This document shows positions 48,670 through 58,723 of a stretch of DNA of 64,000 bases, one piece after another. The notes under the pieces were generated by a model. That model had not been told where the DNA came from and searched no databases. It worked only from the letters and a program-made list of their open reading frames with translations. The stretch lies in contig WRCA01000001.1 of assembly GCA_009784275.1 (NCBI GenBank), positions 129,783 to 193,782 of the forward strand, given 5' to 3'. This DNA comes from Alphaproteobacteria bacterium (GTDB lineage Bacteria; Pseudomonadota; Alphaproteobacteria; Rs-D84). How positions within the stretch are numbered: the first letter of the stretch is position 1; each line of letters opens with the position of its first letter. A program made the translations under genes and the position numbers.

Positions 48670-49250
48670 TGGCAGAAGCTACTAAAAAAACTACTACGAC
48701 TGCGAAAAAAGCGGCCCCAGTGAGAAAAGAAGCTGCGCCGAAAGCAGTAGCAGAAAAAAAGACAACTGCACCAAAGGCAGCGGCCCCAAAGGCTGCCGCA
48801 CCAAAAGCGGCACCGAAGGTGGCAGCGGCGAAAGCCCCTGTTGCAGGTGCCAGCGCAAAGCTGAATAAAGCCACTTATGCCACTGGCAAGCGCAAGGATT
48901 CCGTTGCACGCGTATATTTGATTCCAGGCAAAGGCAACATCACTGTAAACAACAAACCGATTGCTGAATATTTCCGCCGTCCTGTGTTACAGATGATCAT
49001 TGCCCAACCATTTGGCGTTACAAAGCGTGATGGTTCTTATGATGTTGTTGCTATGTGCAGCGGCGGCGGATTATCAGGTCAAGCAGGCGCAGTAAAGCAC
49101 GGTATTTCCAAGGCCTTGGTCTTGGTTGAACCGGATTTGCGCAAACCTCTGAAAGCCGCCGGATTCCTGACGCGCGACAGCCGTGTTGTGGAACGTAAGC
49201 ACTATGGCTTCCACAAGGCGCGTCGTTCGACTCAATTCTCGAAACGTTAA
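48669..49250 (+). CDS. rpsI: 30S ribosomal protein S9 with about 60 aa N-terminal Ala/Pro/Lys-rich extension
   Basis: C-terminal ...[20 protein letters not shown]...[17 protein letters not shown] is canonical S9. N-terminal [13 protein letters not shown] repeats. The start overlaps the rplM stop (TAATG). Confidence 0.85.
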   Translation: MAEATKKTTTTAKKAAPVRKEAAPKAVAEKKTTAPKAAAPKAAAPKAAPKVAAAKAPVAGASAKLNKATYATGKRKDSVARVYLIPGKGNITVNNKPIAEYFRRPVLQMIIAQPFGVTKRDGSYDVVAMCSGGGLSGQAGAVKHGISKALVLVEPDLRKPLKAAGFLTRDSRVVERKHYGFHKARRSTQFSKR

Positions 49251-49307
49251 TTCGTGAATGTGTCCGTGATTTTTCACGGACACAAACCACGGGTACGGAG
49301 TTGTCTT

Positions 49308-50594
49308 ATGATTACAAAAGAAAAAATTAAAGAATTGCATTATTCATTAAACGGAGTTTTGACCGCAGCGGATATCACCACAGCGGCGGATGAAATTCTG
49401 TTGGAACACGGCAAAAAGGCAAAGATGCCGGGATTTCGTCCCGGGAAAATTCCTTTGTCGATTCTGCGCCAAAAGTTCGGCGCATCTGCGACCGGTGAAT
49501 CCGCCGACAAGATGATAAATGCTGACTTGGAAAAATTTGTCGCCGATAAAAAAATCCGCTTGGCAGGTTCTCCGCGTGCAAACATTGCAAAGTTCGAAGC
49601 CGGAAAAGATTTGGAATATACTTTGGAATTCGATATTTTGCCATTCTTGCCACCAATTGAATTAGATAAATTTACCGTTACCAAAAAGGTTGCAAAGGTC
49701 GAAGATTCCGAAGTTGAAAAGTCTTTGGAAAATCTGCGTAAGTCACGCGCACAGGCTGAAAAACAAGATGAGAACTATAAAGCCGCTGATGGCGATATCG
49801 TAGTTATCGACTTCAAAGGATTTATCGGGAAAGAAGCATTCGAAGGCGGCGAAGCGAAAAAGCATCGTTTGATTCTGGGCAGCGGTTCATTCATTCCTGG
49901 CTTTGAAGAAAAACTGATCGGGCATAAGGTTGGCGAAGAGTTCGACATAAAGGTTAAATTCCCGAAAGAATATCACAGCGAAAAGCTGGCCGGGAAAGAT
50001 GCCAAATTCGAAATCAAGATTCATGAAATCCGCCACCATGTTTTGCAAGAGTTGAATGATGAATTAGCGAAAGAAGTCGGACAAGAATCTGTCGAAGCCT
50101 TGAAGACCCATATCCGTGAAATTCTGGAAGAACAATTTGCAGAGGCTGCGAAGCGTGATATGCGGAACGAGCTGTTAGACATTCTGGGTGAAAAAGTGAA
50201 ACTTGACCTGCCGGAATGTTTGGTAGAGCAAGAATTGGAAATGGCGAAGAATGAGCACAAACGCTCTGGAAAAAACGATAAATTCGACGAAAAGCAAGAG
50301 CGTAAAGAAGCCGAGCATCGCGTGAAGTTGGGACTTATTCTGGCGGAATGGGGTACGGCGAACAAGGTTGCCGTCACGAATGAGGATTTGCAACGTGCGA
50401 TTTGGGCCGAAGCTGGCCGTTATCCAGATCCCAATGTGGTGTTTGATTTTTATAATAAAAATCCGAATGCTTTGGCGATGCTGCGCGGAATGCTGTACGA
50501 GCAAAAATCGCTGGACGCCATGCTGGAACAAGTAAAGACAAAAGAAAAAATCGTAAAACCAGAAGAGCTGTTTAAACAAGCAGAGCCTAAATAA
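49308..50594 (+). CDS. tig: trigger factor
   Basis: GFRPGKIP ribosome-binding motif, FKBP-like middle (GFIGKEAFEGGEA), C-terminal arm. ACGGAG ribosome binding site before the ATG at 49308. Confidence 0.85.
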   Translation: MITKEKIKELHYSLNGVLTAADITTAADEILLEHGKKAKMPGFRPGKIPLSILRQKFGASATGESADKMINADLEKFVADKKIRLAGSPRANIAKFEAGKDLEYTLEFDILPFLPPIELDKFTVTKKVAKVEDSEVEKSLENLRKSRAQAEKQDENYKAADGDIVVIDFKGFIGKEAFEGGEAKKHRLILGSGSFIPGFEEKLIGHKVGEEFDIKVKFPKEYHSEKLAGKDAKFEIKIHEIRHHVLQELNDELAKEVGQESVEALKTHIREILEEQFAEAAKRDMRNELLDILGEKVKLDLPECLVEQELEMAKNEHKRSGKNDKFDEKQERKEAEHRVKLGLILAEWGTANKVAVTNEDLQRAIWAEAGRYPDPNVVFDFYNKNPNALAMLRGMLYEQKSLDAMLEQVKTKEKIVKPEELFKQAEPK

Positions 50595-50595
50595 G

Positions 50596-50619
50596 AATCG
50601 CCCATTTCGGGCGTTTTTA
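50596..50619. terminator. bidirectional terminator AATCGCCCATTTCGGGCGTTTTTA (near-identical to the one after ppdK)
   Basis: Hairpin plus T-tract between the convergent genes. Confidence 0.6.
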
Positions 50620-51510
50620 TAAATCCCCAACTGGGACTTTTTCGATGATGAAATCAATGCGCGCGCCGATTTTTTCCCCGGCGGCAATAATATTTTCTTC
50701 GGTAAGTTTGATGCCGGCGGAGGTTAAACCTTGCGCGCTGATTCCACTATCTAATGTCAGGCAAGTTTTAATACCCGCACGCGTTGCGCCCAAGATATCT
50801 GTATCCAATGTATCACCCACCATCAAGGTATGTTCAGGATCAAAATCGCCCAGCGCAGACATAGCCGATGTATATATCTCCGGATAAGGTTTACCATAGT
50901 AAATTACTTTCAAACCACGTTGTTCCCAGATTTTACATGGCAGTCCTGGAGTTATAATAAACTCACTCTTATAAAATGCATGCAAATCAGGATTTGGACA
51001 TACAACCGGCAGACCCGATGCGATAACTTTTTCTAACTCCGGCGCCAACAGTTTTTCATCCGGGAACTGGGAATCATTATAATTCGGCTGGCCGCAAAAT
51101 ACAAAATCCGCATCACTAATAGAATCTACCCTTTGAAAACCCAGGCCGTCGAGTGCGCTTTGATAAGGTCCGAAAGCGGGATTATCATTATACCAAGCGA
51201 TATAAAATTTCTTCCCAGGTATCGGCAATTCGCTCTTTTGCGCGACATCTCTGCATAACTGGCCCGCGGTGAAAACTTGTTCGTAATGCACGCCTTGGAT
51301 CAGATCTTCCTTGCTATATTTTTTGATAACATCATCAGCAGGTTGCGCGGTATTCGATACCAAAGATACGGATTTGCCGGCCTTAACCAATTCAGCCATA
51401 ACCGCGACTGCAGATTGCGAAAGGCTGCCGCCTATATTAAATACCCCCCACGCATCAAAGAAAAATGTATCGAAATTATCTGCGATGTCATGCAAAGACT
51501 TGTATATCAC
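50617..51510 (-). CDS. HAD superfamily class IIA hydrolase (TIGR01459-like)
   Basis: FFFDAWGV N-terminal motif I (DxxG), GDTLDTDILGA motif. Confidence 0.6.
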   Translation of the reverse strand: MIYKSLHDIADNFDTFFFDAWGVFNIGGSLSQSAVAVMAELVKAGKSVSLVSNTAQPADDVIKKYSKEDLIQGVHYEQVFTAGQLCRDVAQKSELPIPGKKFYIAWYNDNPAFGPYQSALDGLGFQRVDSISDADFVFCGQPNYNDSQFPDEKLLAPELEKVIASGLPVVCPNPDLHAFYKSEFIITPGLPCKIWEQRGLKVIYYGKPYPEIYTSAMSALGDFDPEHTLMVGDTLDTDILGATRAGIKTCLTLDSGISAQGLTSAGIKLTEENIIAAGEKIGARIDFIIEKVPVGDL

Positions 51511-51582
51511 TGCCGGTTCCTTTATTATCGAAATAGCATAACATATGCTTACAGTTTGTCCAACAACGAAGTTTACGGAAGC

Positions 51583-52173
51583 TTATTTTATAACTGTCAA
51601 TAATTCTGGAAAATCGCGGCCTATGCAGCCCCAAGAGAAATGCTCTTTATCATCAAATTCGTGATATTTGATTTTATCCCCATAAACTTCTTTAATTTTT
51701 TCAACGGACGTTAATACTATATTCATATCATCAGAAGATACGAACAAGTCAATCTGTCCGCAACGCGACGGCAGATTTTTATCGAATTCCCAATTTGTAA
51801 AGAAAGTCGGATGTTCGCGCTCTATATCTATCCATGGCGCAACCAATATCAACTGCCCTACCTTTATTTGTGGATTCAAAGACAGGTATTTAAGCCAAAA
51901 TCCTGCACCGCAGGAATGGCCTATTAAAAGAGTGTCTTCATTGATTTCGCACCTGGAAATCATGGCGACCCATTCATCATAATTCATATCAGGTAAATAC
52001 GGGTTCGGCATTTCTGGGGTTTGTGTCAGAATGCCGCGCTTTGTCAGTTCCCACTGCACTATTGGATACCAACCAAGGTTTGATGGGCTTTCGGATAAAC
52101 CAGTATAATCCTTTCGATTTTCTTCAATTCCGTGGAGGATAATTCCGTTTTTCATGTCGCTTTTTCCTTTCAA
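51583..52173 (-). CDS. alpha/beta-fold serine hydrolase, RBBP9/YdeN-like
   Basis: GHSCGAG nucleophile elbow (GxSxG). About 190 aa. Confidence 0.5.
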   Translation of the reverse strand: MKGKSDMKNGIILHGIEENRKDYTGLSESPSNLGWYPIVQWELTKRGILTQTPEMPNPYLPDMNYDEWVAMISRCEINEDTLLIGHSCGAGFWLKYLSLNPQIKVGQLILVAPWIDIEREHPTFFTNWEFDKNLPSRCGQIDLFVSSDDMNIVLTSVEKIKEVYGDKIKYHEFDDKEHFSWGCIGRDFPELLTVIK

Positions 52174-52374
52174 TATGGGAGCGACCGGACTATAACATAA
52201 TCAAATTATCTGTCAACGTAAAAACTAGCCAAATCATGGATATAGCTATAAATTTATTTGCTTTTCTGAATTTTATTGGCTATAATCCCCTGGCTTTCGC
52301 GGGGCGGCGCGTCAGCAATCAGAATAACCCGCCAAGACCGCGTATCATACGCAGGCAAGCTTTGTTTATTTTCT

Positions 52375-54063
52375 ATGAAAGATTTATCCAAAGATTTATT
52401 TAACCCAATTTCAGGCGAAAACTTCGCCGAATTGTTCGATACCTCATATGGCAAGCAAGAGACCTTGCAAGGCTATGCAACCAAGGGCACCGTCAAAGAT
52501 ATTCGTGTCGACTTCGTTCTGGTTGATGTTGGCTTGAAATCCGAAGGTCGCGTGCCGCTGAAAGAATTCGGTGCGAATCCCCCGAAAGTCGGCGATATTA
52601 TCGACGTTTTCGTCGAACGCTATGAATCACGCGAAGGCACTGCAATTCTGTCTTATACCAAAGCTCGTGCAGAAAAGGCTTGGAAAGAATTGGAAAAAGC
52701 CGTTGCTGAAGGTATTGACCCGGAAGGAACCATTATGGAAGCCGTTCGTGGCGGATACACTGTCGACATCAACGGCGTATTTGCATTTATGCCATCGTCC
52801 CAAGCGGACAGCCGTCCAATTCGCGACGCGAAGTCCCTTGTTGGCGTTACAGACAAATTCCGCGTTTTGAAGATGGACGCCTTGCGCACCAACGCAATCG
52901 TTTCACGTCGCGCGATTCAGTCTGACTCCATCGCTGCCGCGCAGAAAGAAGCTATGAAAAATATTTCGCTGGGCGCTGTATTAGAAGGCACCGTTAAAAA
53001 CATCACCGATTACGGCGTGTTCGTTGACCTGGGCGGAATCGACGGCTTGCTGCACGTTACCGACCTGTCTTGGAAGCGTGTTAATCACCCGCGTGAACTC
53101 GTTCATGTTGGCCAAAAGATTCAAGTCAAAGTCATTCAATTCGATCCGGAATCTCACCGCGTTTCGCTGGGCGTAAAACAGTTGGAAGAAGATCCTTGGA
53201 ACACCGCGTCCCGCGCGTTCAATATCGGAGATACTGTTACCGGAAAGGTTACTTCGTTGACTGATTATGGTGCATTTGTCGACCTGGGCAGTGGAATCGA
53301 AGGCCTTGTTCACATGTCTGAACTGTCTTGGACGAACAAGAACATTCACCCCAGCAAAGTTTTGCAAAACGGCCAAGAAATCAGCATCATTGTTTTGGGA
53401 ATCGATCAGGACAAGCGTCGCATCTCGCTGGGATATAAACAGCTGCGCGCTAATCCTTGGAAAGAATTTGCCGAAGCTCATAACGTTGGCGATGTTGTCA
53501 CAGGACCGATTAAGAACACCACTGAATTCGGCTTGTTCGTACAATTGACCCCAGACCTTGATGGAATGGTTCATATCTCTGACTTGTCTTGGGATAAGTT
53601 GGATGAGGAAGAACTGAAAAAATTCGTTCGTGGCCAGGAAGTCACTGCGAAGATTCTGGATATCAACCCGGAAAAAGAACGCATCACTCTGGGAATAAAA
53701 CAGATGACCGCAGGTTCGGGCGATGGCAAGATTGCACTGAAGAAAGGCGCGGTTGTTTCCGGCACTGTTTCCGAAGTTACCCCGGATGAAATTATCGTTA
53801 CACTGCAAGGCGATGCACGTGGAATAGTCCGCAAGACTGACTTGTCGCGCGACAAAGAAGGTCAGAACACCACGAAGTTCAAAGTCGGTGATATGATCGA
53901 GGCTTCGGTTGTATCTATCGAAGGCAACGAAGTAAAGCTTTCTGTTCGTGCATTGCAAGTTGCGATGGAAAAGCAAGCGGTCAAAGATTACGCAAATCAA
54001 GCCGACAGCGGTTCGGTCCTTGGCGATATCTTGGGCGCTGCGATAGAACAGAGCAAAAAATAA
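52375..54063 (+). CDS. rpsA: 30S ribosomal protein S1 (six S1 domains)
   Basis: Repeated S1-domain pattern (G..V.G.V..I.D.GAFVDLG...GL.H.S). Start at MKDLSKD. Confidence 0.9.
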   Translation: MKDLSKDLFNPISGENFAELFDTSYGKQETLQGYATKGTVKDIRVDFVLVDVGLKSEGRVPLKEFGANPPKVGDIIDVFVERYESREGTAILSYTKARAEKAWKELEKAVAEGIDPEGTIMEAVRGGYTVDINGVFAFMPSSQADSRPIRDAKSLVGVTDKFRVLKMDALRTNAIVSRRAIQSDSIAAAQKEAMKNISLGAVLEGTVKNITDYGVFVDLGGIDGLLHVTDLSWKRVNHPRELVHVGQKIQVKVIQFDPESHRVSLGVKQLEEDPWNTASRAFNIGDTVTGKVTSLTDYGAFVDLGSGIEGLVHMSELSWTNKNIHPSKVLQNGQEISIIVLGIDQDKRRISLGYKQLRANPWKEFAEAHNVGDVVTGPIKNTTEFGLFVQLTPDLDGMVHISDLSWDKLDEEELKKFVRGQEVTAKILDINPEKERITLGIKQMTAGSGDGKIALKKGAVVSGTVSEVTPDEIIVTLQGDARGIVRKTDLSRDKEGQNTTKFKVGDMIEASVVSIEGNEVKLSVRALQVAMEKQAVKDYANQADSGSVLGDILGAAIEQSKK

Positions 54064-54090
54064 AAATCCGGCGAAAGCCTGATTTACATC

Positions 54091-54114
54091 GGGGGCGGAA
54101 GATATTCCGCCCCC
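54091..54114 (+). terminator. GC-rich hairpin GGGGGCGGAAGATATTCCGCCCCC followed by a T-rich stretch (rpsA terminator)
   Basis: 8 bp G/C stem. Confidence 0.5.
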
Positions 54115-54152
54115 TGTAATTTTCCCAAACTTTATGCTATAATGTTCTCGCT

Positions 54153-54710
54153 ATGCAAAACATAACCATTATCATGGGCGGGCCGGGAAGTGGCAAGGGG
54201 ACCATTGCCCGAATGCTGACGCAGCAACATAAATTCAAATATATAGAAACCGGCGCCTTATTCCGCAGTTTATCCGACAATTCCGAAATTATGAAAATTA
54301 TGAGGACTGGCGAGCTGATTCCAGACAATCTCATTTTTCCCCTTATCAAAAGCAAAATAAAGGGAATGCGCGACATTCTTCTGGATGGATTTCCGCGTGA
54401 TTTGAAGCAGTCGAAATGGCTGCTTGCGAACTTTCATGTGCATATCGAAGTCGTTTTCTTAAACATTCCTCAATCTGTGATGATAGAAAGGGTTCATAAT
54501 CGTTTATCCGAAGGTTCTGATCGCGTGGATGACGCGAAAGACCAAATCATTCGCCGCAGGATCGAGACTTTTGAAAAACTTACTATGCCGGCGGTCGAGT
54601 TTTTGCGCGATGCGCCCGGGATAGAATTTTTCGAAATAGACGGCACCCATACGCCCGAAGAAATCTTTGAAAAGATAACCCATCATTTACTTCTGTTTAA
54701 ACAATCCTAA
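54153..54710 (+). CDS. adk: adenylate kinase (short form)
   Basis: GGPGSGKGT P-loop and LLDGFPR NMP-binding motif. 185 aa. Confidence 0.65.
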   Translation: MQNITIIMGGPGSGKGTIARMLTQQHKFKYIETGALFRSLSDNSEIMKIMRTGELIPDNLIFPLIKSKIKGMRDILLDGFPRDLKQSKWLLANFHVHIEVVFLNIPQSVMIERVHNRLSEGSDRVDDAKDQIIRRRIETFEKLTMPAVEFLRDAPGIEFFEIDGTHTPEEIFEKITHHLLLFKQS

Positions 54711-54757
54711 AGTTTACCTTGATTTCATATACCGCCAATGTATAATTGCTTTCGCGT

Positions 54758-54834
54758 CGGGGTGTAGCTCAGCCTGGTAGAGTACTTGCATGGGGTGCAA
54801 GGGGTCGCAAGTTCGATTCTTGTCACCCCGACCA
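54758..54834 (+). tRNA. tRNA-Pro (anticodon GGG)
   Basis: CGGGGTGTAGCTCAGCCTGGTAGAGTACTTGCATGGGGTGCAAG...GTTCGATTCTTGTCACCCCGACCA. Confidence 0.85.
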
Positions 54835-54984
54835 AATGTTTCCAAATAAAAAGCATACTTTTACAAAAAACTTGTTTTTTCAATTTTCATAAGCTATAGT
54901 TTTCTTTGAATCCACAGGGATGTGGTTTCGGGACGTAGAAAATCCCATAGAAACGCGGCGCGGTTGCGTCGTAATCCGCAAAAG

Positions 54985-55133
54985 GCTTGCGGCGCGATTG
55001 CGCCTCTGTTTTTACCCGGCTTTATAGTCGGGAAGTCGCAGCTATACAACAGGCTATGCCAAAAACTGCGAGGTCATTCGTTTCTATGATTTTTCTAACT
55101 TCCCGACCGCCATTCCTTGGCGGTTTCTTTTCG
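54985..55133 (+). promoter_or_regulatory. structured leader of the flotillin gene with two terminator-like hairpins (GGCGCGATTGCGCC+TCTGTTTTT at 54991-55013; CCGCCATTCCTTGGCGG+TTTCTTTT at 55107-55133) and a 10 bp inverted repeat GTCGGGAAGT/ACTTCCCGAC (55028-55037 / 55098-55107)
   Basis: Read directly. 340 nt with no ORF between tRNA-Pro and the flotillin ATG. Confidence 0.4.
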
Positions 55134-55171
55134 TCCAACCGGAGAGAGAAGAAAAAAAAAGGAAAAGAAAA

Positions 55172-56752
55172 ATGAACTTCGCAGAATTGAATTATGTTTT
55201 GATCTCCTCCGTTGGTGTGGGATCCATCGCCGCTTTATGGATCGGCAGAAAGATACTCTCTTGGCGTACAATCGTGGAACCGGAAACTGTGCACGTTGTG
55301 ATGACCGCAAACAAAGCGACATCCTATGGTAAAGATACCGGAAACGGAAACGTTTACTATGAATGGCCGAAATGGATTCCAGGTCTTGGTGTTCGTAAAA
55401 AATCACTTTCTGTTGCTAACTTTACTATCCCAATTGATGGTTATGACGCTTATGACAAAGACCGTGTTCCATTCCTTGTTGATATCCGCACCTTCTTCCG
55501 TATTGAAAATACAAATCGCGCAGCGGAAAGAATCACAACAGAAAATGAAATGAAAGATCAAATTAAGGAAATTGTCAGGGGTGCTGTCCGTAACCTGCTT
55601 GCCAAGGCAAAGATCGCCGAAATTATGGAAGAACGTTCTAAATACGGTGAAGACTTCACAAATTCTATCAAAGAACAATTAGAAGAATGGGGTGTCGTTC
55701 CTGTTAAAAATATCGAGCTCATGGACATTCGCGACGTTCAACAAAAAACAGACCCAAAGACAGGGATAGCTGAAGTTGGACCGATTGGAAGAATTATGGC
55801 AATGAAGCAGGCGGAAATCGAAAAAGAATCCAGAATGAAAGTTGCCGTATCTAATCAGGAAGCACGAGAAAAGGAAATTGAAGCAGAACGACAAGTTGCC
55901 ATTAAAGAAGCTGAAAAAGAAGAGCATGTTGGCAAAAGAAATGCTGAAAAAGATCAGACTGTCGGTATCGCGGAAGAAAAATCCAAGCAAAAAGTCGCGG
56001 AAGAAGCCAAAGTGACCATGGAAAAGAACTTGGCTGTTGAGCAAGTCAACCAGGTTACGAATGCCGAAATCACCCAGAAAAAAGCTGTTATTGACGCCGA
56101 AACCACAAAGAAGACCACGATCATCCAAGCCGAACAGGACAAAGAAAAACGGATTATCGACACTGGTGCGGAAAAAGAACAGATCAAAATCCAGACTGAT
56201 GCGGAAAAGTATAACATCGAAACGATTGCGGATGCGAATCTTGATGCTGCAAAGAAGGGTGCTGACGCGGTTATCGCTGCGAAAACAGCCGAAGCAAAGG
56301 GTGTCAGGGAAGTCGGAACTGCTGCTGCGGATGCCGAAAAGCAGATGCAGTTGGCGCGTGTGACCGCGGAAACGACCCTTGCGGAAAAGATTGGAAAAAT
56401 CCCGGAATATCAGGATTACTTGGTTAAAATCGAAACGGTCAAGCAGAACGCGAATGTTGAAATCAAACGTGCCGAATTTGGCGCAACCGTTGGAATAGAG
56501 CAAGCGAAAGCGCTCGAAAAAGCCAATGTAAGCGTTGTTGCAAATACCGGCGGCAGCGTTCAGTCAGGCTTGAAATCAGTCGGTGATTTATTCACACCTG
56601 AATTTGCGACCAAGCTGGGGGCTGCGGATACTGCGCTTAAGAATGCAACCGGCGGTACCGGTTTGATCGATACTGTCAAAGAAGCGCTTGATAAGTTCGC
56701 TTTGGCAAAGGGCAACCTTCCAAATAACGCACGGCCACAAGCCACAAAATAA
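55172..56752 (+). CDS. flotillin-like SPFH/Band-7 protein (FloT/YqiK family)
   Basis: N-terminal TM, SPFH domain, long Glu/Ala/Lys-rich coiled-coil (EA repeats), C-terminal flotillin tail. Confidence 0.8.
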   Translation: MNFAELNYVLISSVGVGSIAALWIGRKILSWRTIVEPETVHVVMTANKATSYGKDTGNGNVYYEWPKWIPGLGVRKKSLSVANFTIPIDGYDAYDKDRVPFLVDIRTFFRIENTNRAAERITTENEMKDQIKEIVRGAVRNLLAKAKIAEIMEERSKYGEDFTNSIKEQLEEWGVVPVKNIELMDIRDVQQKTDPKTGIAEVGPIGRIMAMKQAEIEKESRMKVAVSNQEAREKEIEAERQVAIKEAEKEEHVGKRNAEKDQTVGIAEEKSKQKVAEEAKVTMEKNLAVEQVNQVTNAEITQKKAVIDAETTKKTTIIQAEQDKEKRIIDTGAEKEQIKIQTDAEKYNIETIADANLDAAKKGADAVIAAKTAEAKGVREVGTAAADAEKQMQLARVTAETTLAEKIGKIPEYQDYLVKIETVKQNANVEIKRAEFGATVGIEQAKALEKANVSVVANTGGSVQSGLKSVGDLFTPEFATKLGAADTALKNATGGTGLIDTVKEALDKFALAKGNLPNNARPQATK

Positions 56753-56840
56753 GAAAGCAAAAATGTCAAAAACAATCCAGAAAGGTTATTAAACCTTTGG
56801 ATTGTTTTGACATACCCATCAGCAATAAAGAGGTATCCAC

Positions 56841-57881
56841 ATGAATAATTCAGGATATGATGCACTTCGTAAAAAATATGGTATTGGAAACTCATCGACA
56901 GATACTAAACCGGCACAAAAGCAAACTGTTGAAAAGCAGACTGTCGTTGCGCCTGAACCTGGCGCAAAACCAGTTACACCACCAGTTATGCCGCGTCCTG
57001 TCGAAGTCCAAAAACCCATTATTCCGACATACGAGAAACCAAAACCGCAAGCTCCGGTTCCTGTAAAACCACAATTGCCCAGCCAATTAAAATTATTCAA
57101 GAAATTAAAAGAAGATGCAGAAATAGATGATGAATGTGAATTTCTGGAAAAATTATTGGAAAAAGTGGAGCTGTTGAATGAATCCGACGCTAAAACAATG
57201 ATGCGCGATTCTTTTAACGATAACGATGAAGGCGAATTCTCATTCGATTACAACGGTTATAATTTCAATATCAAGTACAGTTCAGAAGATGATTTATATA
57301 CCATTACATTGTCGAATGATGACCTGTCGGAAGAAGTCGAACAAGAATTCAAATATGATCCGAAGTCTGAAACGCCGGCGCTTCTTAAAGTTTTGGAACA
57401 AAGATATATTGAATCATTAAATGATGGGGCAAAGAAAGATTTCGAAATTATGCAGAATGTTGAGAAAAACCTTGGAACTAAAATAAAGCATTATTATTCG
57501 GAATCTATCAACTATGGCGAGAATGGCGGCGAGTATTATCTGAAAACCGAGTCAAAACAAAATAAATACATATGCGTCAAAGATACTCAAGATGAAAATG
57601 AAGATATCGCTGATTTCAATAGCATGGATGTGTCCTTCACTAATATTGACCCGGCCATAGATGGCTTTGATATAAGCGACTGCGCACATCACACGATTGA
57701 AATTAATAATTATGAAGTGCCTTATTGGCGCATTGCAAAAAAAATTATTGATTATATCGGCAACGAATATGACAAAGATAGCAATGCCGCTGCAACATCG
57801 CATAATCAGTTGCTGGAAACTCGGAATAAACCCGCCGATGTTCGCCAAAAAATCGTTTTAGATGGAATTAGGCAAATGTAA
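56841..57881 (+). CDS. hypothetical Pro-rich N-terminus / acidic C-terminal domain protein downstream of flotillin
   Basis: 346 aa ORF, GAGGTATCC ribosome binding site-like context. Not an NfeD. Confidence 0.4.
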   Translation: MNNSGYDALRKKYGIGNSSTDTKPAQKQTVEKQTVVAPEPGAKPVTPPVMPRPVEVQKPIIPTYEKPKPQAPVPVKPQLPSQLKLFKKLKEDAEIDDECEFLEKLLEKVELLNESDAKTMMRDSFNDNDEGEFSFDYNGYNFNIKYSSEDDLYTITLSNDDLSEEVEQEFKYDPKSETPALLKVLEQRYIESLNDGAKKDFEIMQNVEKNLGTKIKHYYSESINYGENGGEYYLKTESKQNKYICVKDTQDENEDIADFNSMDVSFTNIDPAIDGFDISDCAHHTIEINNYEVPYWRIAKKIIDYIGNEYDKDSNAAATSHNQLLETRNKPADVRQKIVLDGIRQM

Positions 57882-57887
57882 ATATGA

Positions 57888-57917
57888 TAAAATCCCGCTT
57901 TTGCGGGATTTTTTTAT
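57888..57917. terminator. bidirectional terminator AAAATCCCGCTTTTGCGGGATTTTTTT
   Basis: Between convergent genes. Confidence 0.65.
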
Positions 57918-57922
57918 AACAT

Positions 57923-58723
57923 TTAAAACCTTGCCCCTATATTAATTCCAAGTTCTCTGGTTATATTTGCGGGTTCCATCATCTCAATTTCTATTTGTTT
58001 TCCATTCGATAAAGTTACTTTCTCTACAGATCTTTCCGAATTACCAAATTGTTGATATTTAAAATAAGGTTCTAACCAAAAATAACCATATTCGTAAGAT
58101 ACAGAAAATTCGAACAGAGATCCTTCTTTTTGTTTATATACAACATCTACATCTTTTTTTGACACAGTTCTTGAATATACTACTGTTCCTGACTTAACCG
58201 CGGGAGTGATTATATGTCCCCCTATTTTCCATATATATTTGGTTCCAAAAGTCCAAAAAATCGAATTACGAATACGGCGATGTCCATAATCTGTATTTTT
58301 ATCATTCGAATCATCAAATCCTTTATAATTAGAGCCCGTAAAAAGCACCCAATAATCATCGCCTAACTCATAAAAATTAAAGGCTACGCCAACCTGGGCA
58401 TCTGCGCCAAGATTAACTTGCGATCCATTGAATTCATACGGACTTTTAGCGCTGGTTAGCATATTTACTAGGGAACCGTTATACGAATACTCTTTATGGG
58501 AATAATCTGCCGTAGCATTAAGATAAAGATTGGCTTCATTGCCATTTCCATAGTGTTGAAATCTTACAATAGCCCCCAGAAGGTACCCTGCTTGCTGCAT
58601 ATAACCGGATTCTTTATAAAGGTGATGTCCGACCGTACCGCCAAGATAAAAATTAGTATCTGCATTTGCCTCAAATGGAAGCAACACAGCGGGTATTAAA
58701 AATACAAAGTTAGATTTTTTCAT
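57923..58723 (-). CDS. outer membrane beta-barrel protein (OmpA-like/OmpW-like barrel, about 260 aa)
   Basis: Signal peptide MKKSNFVFLIPAVLLPFEANA. Alternating Tyr/Gly-rich strands. C-terminal ...GINIGARF. Confidence 0.5.
   Translation of the reverse strand: MKKSNFVFLIPAVLLPFEANADTNFYLGGTVGHHLYKESGYMQQAGYLLGAIVRFQHYGNGNEANLYLNATADYSHKEYSYNGSLVNMLTSAKSPYEFNGSQVNLGADAQVGVAFNFYELGDDYWVLFTGSNYKGFDDSNDKNTDYGHRRIRNSIFWTFGTKYIWKIGGHIITPAVKSGTVVYSRTVSKKDVDVVYKQKEGSLFEFSVSYEYGYFWLEPYFKYQQFGNSERSVEKVTLSNGKQIEIEMMEPANITRELGINIGARF

Noticed and set aside
52981-54000. 339 aa ORF antisense to rpsA
   Set aside because: It lies entirely inside the unmistakable S1 gene. Shadow ORF.
55679-56503. 274 aa ORF antisense to the flotillin gene
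   Set aside because: Phe/Leu-rich shadow of the Glu/Ala/Lys-rich flotillin coiled-coil region.
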